DNA from: Camelus dromedarius
Taxonomy: Eukaryota
Assembly (NCBI RefSeq): GCF_036321535.1
Contig: NC_087436.1
Coordinates: 32,552,001 to 32,616,000 of the forward strand
Direction: 5' to 3'
DNA length: 64,000 bases
Both the position numbers and the translations under genes were made by a program. The notes beneath the pieces are model-generated. The model was not told where the DNA came from, did no database searches, and worked only from the letters and a program-made list of their open reading frames with translations. How positions within the stretch are numbered: position 1 is the first letter of the stretch; each line of letters begins with the position of its first letter. Of the stretch, positions 42,801-53,429 are shown in pieces.

Positions 42801-44170
42801 CTGAAATAACAAGTTGTCTAACACAAAGTCCTCAGTTTGCCCCTTTCCTAGTAAACGGGGGTAGCTCATTTATCTTTACCAAAATCAGGGTGCCCCATTT
42901 GAAATCAAGTCTCTTAAATTCCTGCACTGACAACACTCAGCTGTGTGACCACAGGGAAATTATAGATTTTTCTGTGGGCTAAGTGTGGGATTCTAAGATA
43001 TAAAGAAACCAAGAGTCTGAGTCTCACACTGTCTATGCCTCTCAGAGCCTGACCAAAGAAGGTTCCACATAATCCATACTCCCTTCTAGTAGTCTTGCTT
43101 GATAGCCATGAATTTTGTAATTACTTTTTAAATGACTACAGTAGAAGACTGTACAAACTATTCAGTATCCTCAAATTTGTACAAGTCTTCCAGAATATAA
43201 TCTGTCCTCATTAAGCCTCCAGAGTATATTTAAGCAGTCATTAGTGGTGGTTCTCCCCCCGATGCTTTTAAAGACAATTTTACCTATGGGTGAAAATAAT
43301 TGCCAAGTAACTGATACTCCCAAATATACATTAAATACTTATATCTTTTATTCCTAAATACTCATAAAATGTCATCCTAAAAATGACTATGGCAGTTGCT
43401 GATTGATGTTTGGCACCAGGACCATTTCACCACCAGTCATTTCAAGCTACCACTAATTGACTTTTCTAAAAAGTTCTTCATTCATAGCAGTAAGGGATAA
43501 ATTGCTCCAAAACTGAAGTGTAATTGGGTATTGTGAATCAAATTAATTTTTTCATTATTTTTAAGGATAAGAACGTAGAAAATAACACTTAGATCTTCTG
43601 TATTTTAAAATTACATCATGACATAAAACAAGGAAATCATGGGGATGTATAGGAAAATACAACAGAAATACCCCCAAAATGCTGAGAGGTTGTTCTCCAT
43701 GGTGAGACGAGGACGGATATTCTTTCTTTTATATACCTATTCATTTTTATAACAGGATAAAAAATCACATAATTTAAACAGCTGACTTATAACACGTGGT
43801 AGGTTTCTCTTCACTCTAAATACTAACGAGGTTGAAGTCACAAAGATCACGACACCAAAGAAGACGCTGCGATAGAACAGAATTTTATGAACACTGCAAC
43901 AGATACTCTCTCATATATTACAGAATCCACCACAAAGAAGAGAGCCTCCTCATCTCAGAACCACAAAAAACCTACAGTATCAAAGAATGGCACAGTTATT
44001 TCGGCTCCCAATATCACACAACTGAAACGTAGTGCAAACAAACCTCACTTATTAAAGAACCTCAAACACTCAATCTCTACCACGCCAACACTCTCAAGTA
44101 CCCCCCAGCCCACGTGTACACTCTTGGGACAGAAGGGACGGATTGAATTGTCCCTCTTCGGGAACCTTAC

Positions 44171-44316
44171 TCATAATCGGTACTCGTAGAGGAGTATGAA
44201 CCCGAGTCGCTGACCCGATCTTCAAGATCACAATCCTCATCTTCTTCTTGTGAAGAAGGGTCTCCAGGGAGCTTCTCTGGGTTCTGACGTGAACCGCATA
44301 ACGCGGGAGAAGCCAT
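44171..44316 (-). CDS. INTU: INTU coding exon 1 (146 nt): [48 protein letters not shown](D)
   Basis: Manual translation resembles the INTU N-terminus ([13 protein letters not shown]...[10 protein letters not shown]). ATG at 44316-44314 has a strong context (atgATGG); a second in-frame ATG lies at 44319-44317. Donor GA|GTAAGG at 44170, phase 2, joins exon 2. Confidence 0.93.
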
Positions 44317-44349
44317 CATCAGGGATGCAGCAGCCACAAGTGGAGTGAT

Positions 44350-44385
44350 TCAAACCTCGCAGCGGCGGCTTACCGGGGCCGCCAT
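44350..44385 (-). other. Upstream ORF MAAPVSRRCEV*, in frame with INTU
   Basis: gcaacATGGCG (A at -3, G at +4), TGA at 44352-44350. The ATG is 69 nt upstream of the main ATG. Confidence 0.55.
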
Positions 44386-44456
44386 GTTGCCTCCGCTCGG
44401 GAAGTGGTAGCGGCCACGTGACGACCAATCCTTAGCTGCAATTGGTGGCGGCTCTG

Positions 44457-44470
44457 GTTGCCAGGGAGAC
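44457..44470. promoter_or_regulatory. RFX X-box-like element GTTGCCAGGGAGAC
   Basis: Imperfect palindrome resembling GTTGCCATGGCAAC, about 140 bp upstream of the ATG of a ciliogenesis gene. Confidence 0.65.
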
Positions 44471-46478
44471 AGGAAAGCGTCCCCGAGAGAACCAAGGTGA
44501 CTGAAAAGAGCCAATGAACTTAAATTTCTAGGAGAGCGGAATGGAAGTAGCTAAAACTTAACCAGTTACGCACTCCTAAACACACTCCTTTAGAGCAGCG
44601 TAATTTATTAACAGGCGGAGTCCCCCTGGGTTTTTTCTTTTTTTTTTTTCTAGCGCTGTGCACTTTGTTTCTACGCGGAACGGCTGTCCAAAACCTTAAA
44701 TGCGCTCCGCCTGTGTTTCCCTCGAGGTAAATGAAACGACCCTCTACCTCTTCATTCGTGCATAGAATGCATGGTTTTAAGCAATGACTTCTAGGTGTTA
44801 ATATAAATACGCGCCATTGTTTCTTTGGTTTTCTTATTTCGTAATTGCAAACGTTTTCACAGTTCTCCCAAGCAGATGTCGTAGAGGGATGCTTCAAACT
44901 GGTGGCAATATTGTGTAATCAACTGCGCGTTCATTTTCTAACTCAAAATTTTATACTTTGATGAAGTGTTCTCTTTACTTAAGTTGGAAGTGTAAACAGG
45001 TAAATTTTACCTGTCAAATGCAAATACCTACATTAAATATTTTTGTAAGTACAAAATAATAGCTAGCATTATTGAGATTTAGCCTTTGCTCTAATTACTT
45101 GTTCATATGTATATGAATATATATGAAATAAATATCCCTATACTAAAATAAGGAAACTGAAGCTTAGAGAAGTTACTCATCTTAATGGTCACGTGGCTAG
45201 CAGACAACAAAGCCAACCAGGACTCGAACTAAGTCATTAACCACTAGATTATATTTCTTTCTCAGGACCCAGTAATTCAACTATTAGAGATCTTTTCTAA
45301 GAAAATAAGGGATGCAAATAAAATTGATAAAATTTGTAAATGTGAAAGCTGAAAGCAATCCAAATGTTCAATAGGGGAAAAGTAATACATCTTTATATAT
45401 AAAGTATGATGAGTATTATGATGTTAATAGAAATGCTTTCAAAGAGTAATGCATGGGTAAATTGTTCTTATTATAGCAGGTAAAAAAGGTATAATTATTT
45501 TGTGATCTCAATGGATGGGTGCTGGGGATTCAACTTAAAACTGTATGGTTAGACAGCAGAGACTGAAAGGCAAATGGTCAATTTATAACGTATAGTGATA
45601 GTATTGTGATAAATATAGAGTTCCATTGGAATACCCAAAGGAAAACAAACTAGGGCATGTAGGGCCACAGCAAATTTCTTAGAGGCAGTCTTAATTTGTT
45701 ATTGTGGGATATTATGTTCCAAACAGAGAGGAGTAGTGGGGGATGAGTGGCCCAGAGCGGTTTATGTATGGAGAACTCAAAAGAACCTGGGCAGTAGCAG
45801 TCAAATATTTAAACTTTTAAGCTGCAATTTAGTTTCATTTGTCACATTAAACTATGTATATCTGAATAGTCTAAGTTTTATGGTTTTATTTGTATTAATT
45901 TCTTTTTTAATTTCTAAATTTGCTTTTTTATAGTTGTAAACCAGCTATTGAATTTTATTTTACAGTTTATTTGCATTAATTTATAAAGTTGTTTTTATCT
46001 TATGTAAGAACTATAAAGCACAAAGTTTCTACCTGTTTATTTAAAATTATAATTTAACAAGTCTGTCATCTCTAGAGATCTGTAAGAGTCTTTCCTGTAA
46101 TGAGGTCTGCATACCACTCGAATTGGAGAAGAGGGGACTAATTCATAAAGGGATAATGGGCAAAGGAGGTTCTTGAGGTGGCAGGAGGGGATGGCACCCA
46201 GGGAACAGATGAAGGGAGATGACCTTGCTCAACACCGCTTCCCTAAAGCTAGTACCCACAGGAGGGTGCAGGTGTAGATGCTGACTTGCTAGTTTCAGTC
46301 AGGAAGCTGAGGCAGTAATCCTGTGGTGGTGTATATCTTCTCTGGTAGGTAGAAGGCAACCTTGCCAGCTAAACATGATGTAAGAAGTAATGGGGTCTGA
46401 AGCCCCAAAAGAGTGGAGCCAGGAAGGAAGAGAAACAAATATTTCTATCAGTACTGAGGTCCAAGAAAAAAGTATTAC

Positions 46479-46542
46479 AGGGAGGTGGATATAGCTCAGT
46501 GGTAGAGCAAGGTCCTGGGTTCAATCCTCAGTACCTCTATTA
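46479..46542 (+). mobile_element. Short tRNA-derived SINE lacking the anticodon-arm segment
   Basis: TAGCTCAGTGGTAGAGC directly followed by AAGGTCCTGGGTTCAATCC. Perfect 13-bp TSD AAAAAAGTATTAC at 46466-46478 and 46543-46555. Confidence 0.82.
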
Positions 46543-47049
46543 AAAAAAGTATTACTTTTAAAATCAGAGAAACAATACTATTTTAAAAGGCAGAATCAGT
46601 ATAATAATTATAATATGTTTCATGTTTAAACATACATACTTAATTCTCATGACAATCTCGAATGTTAAAAATTACCTAAAAATGCACTCTAAAATTAAAA
46701 AATGCTTTAGGCACCTCTTTAATAAAGTTAGCCTTTCCTCATTTTAAAAGCACCTTATTGTAAGTAAAATAAAAAAGGACACATTAAATTTTAACAAAAT
46801 ACCACATTTTCTTACTATAAATAACATTTCATTTTTTCTGTAAACATCTAATAATTTTATAACCTGCTCATAAGTCTGAATGTCACCCCATTAAACACAG
46901 AATAAAATCCAAACTCTTTCAAAAAAATTTCCAATTCTACTAGCAATTGAACACCAATTAGGAGTTAGAGGCCTTATTTGTTGCTATATATTAATCAAGA
47001 TAATTAAGTGTGTCCAACTTGCTGATCAAACTATCTTACCTGAGGTGCT

Positions 47050-47190
47050 TGTTAACCACACAGATTTAGGGCCCTGCCCCACTTCAAGAGGCTCAGAATC
47101 TCCAGGGGAAGAGCCTGAATCTCCATTTTGAACAAGTTACCCCAAGTGATCCTTAGGTTAAAGGCAGACTCGGGAAACACTGCCCATAAC
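47050..47190. mobile_element. MER5-like DNA transposon relic
   Basis: CAGAATCTCCAGGG...CCTGAATCTCCATTTTGAACAAGTTACCCCAAGTGAT. Confidence 0.55.
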
Positions 47191-50100
47191 CTTCCCTCGA
47201 TTCTATGCTTTATATTTACTGTCCCACTGACCATTTCCCAAGGAGGATGGGACCCACTCCACCTCCTGGTTTTGAGCCTGGCAGACAGACTTCTCCCTGC
47301 TCCAGAACCCATGGTGTATAATCTTGAGCTAACACCTCTCCAAGCTTCACTTCTCCTACCTGTAACTTTGGATATGGGTACCTATTTCACAAGACTATTT
47401 GGAATTCGATGAGTTAATGCATATAATATACTTAAGATGTAAAGTGTCAAAACAAAAATCAGCTATTCTATAGATCATTTACTCATACAGTTCTTTCACT
47501 GTGGAATGCTACTTATCCAAAATACATTTTCCTTTAAGATCCAGTTCAAGTAGTATGTTTTCCAAGAAGCCTTCCCAGACTCTTTTCCTACCTTAGTAAG
47601 AATTCCTCTTTCTACCTTCCCCTCATAACACATCCCATAAAGTTCTATTATAATTAATTATCAGTCTGCAGTATCTAAGTTATTTAGGAATGTGTCTATC
47701 TTTGCTACCTAGAAGACATGACTTTTTTTTCAATCTTCTATCTTAAACAAGGTTGAACCAGAGCAAGAAATGCCATATAAAAGTATATCTTTTAAGAAAT
47801 GTCCTTTCACAGCAGATAAGTCTCTGAATTACGTCAACTTAACTAATTTATTTTCATATGTTTAATGAACAAAATTCTTCCTCACCCCTCTCCCCACTCC
47901 CAGAGAAAGTTACCCATTTGCTTGATCTTCCTCAAAAGAAGAAATAACAGCAATCATTTTAAATTCTTATTTAAAATTTCAGGGTATGGTATTAGCTAAT
48001 CAGATTTCTAACTTCATATATCATATTTGTACTAACTAAATTAATATTTAATACTCTTAAATGTATTGGAGAGGATGAAGAAAGGAAAAGAATAAGATGC
48101 CATTTTTTCAGGGCCTTTATAAGAGCATCGTCTTTGTTTCATAATTATCAGTTGCAGGAAGACTTAAAAGATTTAGACTGGGGTATATTCTTATTTTCTA
48201 TTTTCCACTACACAAATGGCCAGCCATCTTCTGAGGCCCAAATAAGTTTAGCTTAATATATACGAGTCATCAGGTCCTTATTTCCATTGATTACCATCTC
48301 AATTAGGCAAACAATACAATTCTGACATAAAATACAACAGGTAAGGACATAATTAAATATTTAGTATCTTTAGCAGGTTCAAGAGCTCTTTCCTAAGTAG
48401 TAATATAAGCTAGTAATGAGAACTCAATGAAAACAGGGCCACGGGAGGTCACATCCATTAAAAATTTTTAATTGCAAGGTAAAAAATTCATGTAATGGAG
48501 TTTTGTTAGGAACTAATTAATATCACCTTAATTGTGAATGTGGTAATAATTCATGCATTATGTGGTAATATTGACAACCCCAATCATTTTTTAAATCATA
48601 AATAATTTGGCAGATTGAGCAAAATAGCATTTTGAAAACTCAGCCTTCATAATGTGGAATTTTTCAAATTTGGGATAGACCTATAATATAAAAGAATAAC
48701 ATTTGGGCAATCTTATGTTTGTGGAATTGCATTATGACTGAAAACTCTCTTAAAAAAAAAAAAGAAAACTCTCATTTTCCTACATAAAAATTGAATTACC
48801 TGTAAAAATATATGGAATTTACTTGTTCTAAGATTATGCATTCTCCATTTGAACAATAATGGAATACAGATGAGACTCCAGAAGTAAACATAGAAGTAGC
48901 CAAAGTAGATGGCACAAAGCTTAAACCCCAAACCCAATTCATTCACTCCTACTTATTCTCATTTTATATTTTCATTTACAAATTCTAACGAATTTGGTGA
49001 ACTGTTCTCAGATTGGTAGCTGCCAACCAGAAGGAGGGAGGCCTCCTTAAACAGAAATACACAGGCCGCAGAAACGGTTGATGCCTGACAATCTGCTGAT
49101 GAAGAAAACAGCAGAAACAAAAAGCACACATGAAATTTACAAAAACTGTAGTTTATAAGTGAGTGTTAAGTGCCTTCAGTAGCACCTAAAAAAAAATCAC
49201 TGTATTGTCAAACTGTACAGTAATTTGATAACGACTATGAAAATGGCTGATACCCCATGCATGCCTCAGTCAGAGGAGCCAGGTTCTCATCCTGATTCTG
49301 GCATTAATAACCAAGAGAATATGGGAAATTAATTTCTTCTGAAGACAGCAATTATAATCCCTGCCTACTATGCAATGTTGCCAAGAAACAAATGAGCTAA
49401 CCTTTGTAATCTAATACCTTACACTTTAAGAAATAGAGCTGTGTATGATATATGCTATATTCTTAAAAGCTTTGATTTTATTATTTATTTTGGTTTTTAC
49501 TTTTTGAGTTTAAAAGGATATTTTATTCATCAGGAATATTATCTAATGGGGCATATTCTTCCTTCCGAGAGTTCTCCATGTTTGAGTATTTTAAATATGC
49601 TAATTTTGCTGTGGACAAAAGTATGAAATTCAGGTCATCAAACATTTTCAGAGACTCAACTTTAGCTCACTTTCTCTGCTGGCTTAGGTAGTGTCAAAAC
49701 GCCAGCACTCTAGCCTGGACCAGAACCATAGATTAGCCTTGAGGCTTTGGGCAAAAGTCACTTAGCTTAATTTTCTCAGAACATTTAGGAATAGCTATCT
49801 TTTTGTGCTTGCTTTTAATTTTTTTAAAACCCCTGTAAACATAATCCTTCCTATTTAACAGAACTTTAGTTTTATAGAGCACTTAAATATCATCTGAAAT
49901 TCACATCACCACCCTGTGAAGTGGGTATTACCCCTTTATACTACAGAAAGAACAGGAAAATATAGACAAGCAAAATTTTGCAAAGTCCCACAACTATGTA
50001 CTATGCAACAGAAATAGGACTCCAAGGGAGTGAGTAGTCATGTGCATAAATTTTTTTAAAATCTTTGCAAAATTCTATTGAGTGCTAATATGATTATTTG

Positions 50101-52199
50101 GGTACTTCTTAAAATCGAGATGACACATATATTTGTTAATTTACTTAAGTAAAAGTAACTGAGAAATGCAATACTGAAGCTTTTCCCTGACTTGGATAAC
50201 CTACATGTAACTTTTTATTAAAAAGCAGGCAGCTGAATTTTTTTTGCTGTGCTATTTTTATTTTAATATTGACATATTTTGAAGCTAATACTTCATGCAG
50301 AGAATAGTTTGCAACTTTGCTTCAATTTTGGTTTGGCTGAAGTATCTTTTTCAAAAGCACAGCAATTTAATGCTTCACATTTTGAAAACCATATTTACAA
50401 CAGAAGATACACCAGTAAATAAAAAAATACTCAGAAGAGTTATCTTTAAAATAAGATGTAAAAATAAAAGCAGGCTATTTTCTCTTGTTAATACATTTTC
50501 TATGGCTCAAGGCTACTGGTCTCTTTAGTGCAATTGTCAAAATTTTGTAGATATCTTATAAGGGATGTTTTAAAGGAAAAACATAAAAAATCTTTAAAAC
50601 TGATTTAAAAAAATAAGCCATGCACTGGTCTACAGCCTGAGAACTATGATGAGTAGATGAGTGTAATTTAAGGCTATCTGATTTCTCTAATTTCTATTAT
50701 ATTATGTCAGAACAAATCTTTATATACATAAGCAAAAGACATTTGATTAAATATGAACTTGTGTGAAAAATCTATCTTCATTAAGTGCAAGAGAAACCTC
50801 TATAGATGTCTCAAAATTTTAAACAAGTGTTTGAAAACATTAAATAGTAAATAACCACTAATAAAGATAATGCATTGCAAAAGCAAAAGCAAAAAGATTT
50901 TCTTAAAAACAGAGAATTGTTAGCCATCATACTGACAAAGACACTTGAGTTTCAGATTCCATTGGTTCCTATAGCATGTGGGAGCAGTTATTTGTAATTC
51001 AGATAAAGTAGCTTTTCATATACTGAGCAGGTTTATTCCAGAAACACTCCACTACTTACTTCCGAAATAATCACCTTAGCCTTCTTGATGGCTATAGTTT
51101 AAATATATTCTTTTGCCCTGGTTCATTTAGACAGGTTTATGCTTAGGATCTGAAACCCTGTAGTGTTAATCAGTTTGGAATTTTTTGGCACTTGACATTT
51201 AAAACATGAATAAATTCTGTTGCATCAGGGTTTTAAGCATTTAAAACAAAAACCCTTCCTGACTTTATCAAAGTCATGCTGTGAATGAGTTTCTAGTTAA
51301 TACTTTGGGGGATTACTCCTGGATTGTAATTTTATCAAATGCAGGGAGAGCTGTCTGGGAATTTAGCAGAATCCCCTTTCAACTGCTCATTTGTTAATGT
51401 TTTATTGTATATGGCAGAGGCTCTCTTGAGGGGAGAGGGGAAGGAAACCAACTGTGGAAAATTGCAGGTTTCAGAAAACAGCTTTTAAATCGAAGAGACT
51501 CGATTTCTTCCTCTTACAATGTCTTTCTTTTTTACTCACACTTCTAACAGGACAGGATTTTTACAGCTCATATGGTTTTGTACGAAGACTTTAAAGGGTC
51601 ACTTGAAACGTTTACAGATGAGAGAACTCACATAAGCCTCCCCCTGACAGATATTTGCTAAGAGCCACTTACTCTTTCTCACCACAAACGTATTGAAGAG
51701 ATACTTTTGATATATTTCTAAAAGAGGTTTTCCCATAATATGTCTTAGGAAAGCCAAGCTGTCCTAGAGTTAAAGCAGCATTAGCTGCCTGGCACTTCAG
51801 CCTTCCTCTCTTAACCTTAAAATGGAAAGAGAACTTGTTCTCCATGTGGGTTCTTAACTTCTTTCTCTTCCATAAACCTATCACCGTTACCATGCGAGTT
51901 AATATTTGTTAGTCTATTTTAGATAAAGTATAAGGTTGGACAAAGGAAATTAATACATTAGCAGTTTACAGAAAGTTGGGGTTCTCATCCTTCCTAGAGG
52001 AACTCAAATTTCTTTTGTGTAGTTATGTGGACGCTTACGCGTGCGTGTGGGGAGGGTGTTTGGGGGGGAGAATTTAGATTTGTTAAAAAGTGGCTGCTTC
52101 TAATTCCAGTCACAACCAAAGTCCAAACAAACTCTCAGCTCTTTTTCCTAAAGAGAGTCAAAAGGTGTTTAGAGAACAGTTTTGCTTAATTGTTTTTCG

Positions 52200-53200
52200 C
52201 TTCTTTAGAAAGTGGTGTTTTCTTAAGTGGGGCGGGTAACCCGGTCCCACGCGGGGACAGACTCCCAGCGGCGAGACCCGGCAAATCCCGAGCATCCGAT
52301 TCTGAAAAGGGTGGAGTGCAGGTCCCAACTCCCCTTCCGCGGCAAGCATCGCACCAAGGCGAATCCCAAAAGAGACTCGTCCTTCAAGACCCCGGAAAGA
52401 AAGGTTGCCCCTCCCCTCGCCATCGTCCTCGGGAACGGAGGGCGGTCTTACCCTGAGCCCCCGGCCCAGCACTGACCTGTGTAAGAGGACGCGCTGCACA
52501 GAGTCCAGATCCTCCAGGTTCCGGGGGGCAGGTTTGGGGATGCTGGACCTGCCCACCTGAAACATGCCCACTTGAGACTCGCTGCAGAGGCGTACAATAG
52601 GTAACAAGCGCGGGAGACCGCGAGGTCTCACCCCCGGCGCTCGCGGCGCCGTCCGCTTCGAGCACGGCTCGAGTCGCCCCCGGGAAACCGAGAGCTGGAG
52701 GAAAAGGCTGCCCGTTTCCGTCGCGCAAAAACCTGGGACTGAAGGGCGGCAGTGTCAGCCACGGCTCTTCCTTTCCTTCACCCTCCGGCTAAGCCGTGCG
52801 GATCTTGGAGCCCTGCGGCTGGCGGCGCGGCCACCTTGGCGCCGGAGGACCCGGGCAGGTTGGCGGTCTGTCGGCCGCCACCCTGCCGGGGCGGGCCAAG
52901 TCCGGAGTGCCCCTCTTCCACGTCTGGGGCCCCTCGCCTCTCTAAGTTGTCCGAGCACCCAGGACAGGAGGATCCCTGGCGTCCGGGGCTTGCCGTCGAG
53001 CGCCTCCAGCCGGGCCGCCCGGAGCTGCGCTCTTTCGCCGCCTAGTGCTCTTCACGAGGGACGCTGGTGTCCGGGCACCACCCCCAGCAGAGGAAGTCAC
53101 CACCTGCAGCTTGGCGGGCCACGAACATCTGTGGCCTGGGGGAGGCACTGAAGGGGCTCCAAAGCCCCAGCTGCTCCCGGGCAGGCCGAAAACTGAGTAA
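52200..53200. promoter_or_regulatory. CpG island about 8 kb upstream of INTU exon 1 (candidate alternative or bidirectional promoter)
   Basis: About 1 kb of GC-rich sequence with dense CpG in AT-rich surroundings, a GC box (GGGGCGGGCC near 52887) and an ETS-like GAGGAAGT. No recognisable protein ORF. Confidence 0.85.
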
Positions 53201-53429
53201 GAGAGGTGAGCTGGGTGCCCATTATCAGTGGGAGTTTAAATTCTGACTAAAGAAGCCGTTTACATTCACCTATCCAGGTAAACATATACTTGATTACCTG
53301 CTGTGTGCCAAGCTGAATATCAGTCTTTGGAGATAAAACGATAAATAAAAAGTGGTGGCTGACCTGCCAAGTGTGGACCCTTTATTCTCTTTTGGGGCTC
53401 TGTTTGCTTTAAAAATATACTTGAAGCTA

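Larger units (their letters stand above)
44130..44760 (-). promoter_or_regulatory. INTU CpG-rich proximal promoter and 5' UTR
   Basis: Local CpG enrichment around exon 1. Motifs: YY1-like CAACATGGCGGC (minus, about 44378-44389), ETS CGGGAAGT 44398-44405, E-box GCCACGTGAC 44413-44422, CCAAT 44425-44429, ATTGG 44441-44445, CCAAT 44511-44515, X-box 44457-44470. Confidence 0.8.

Noticed and set aside
44237..44428. 63-aa minus-strand ORF overlapping INTU exon 1
   Set aside because: Non-ATG start and out of frame with INTU; no support for translation.
52158..53148. Several overlapping 66-157 aa ORFs in the CpG island
   Set aside because: Expected from stop-codon scarcity in GC-rich DNA; they occur on both strands, are Pro/Arg/Gly-rich and resemble no protein I recognise.
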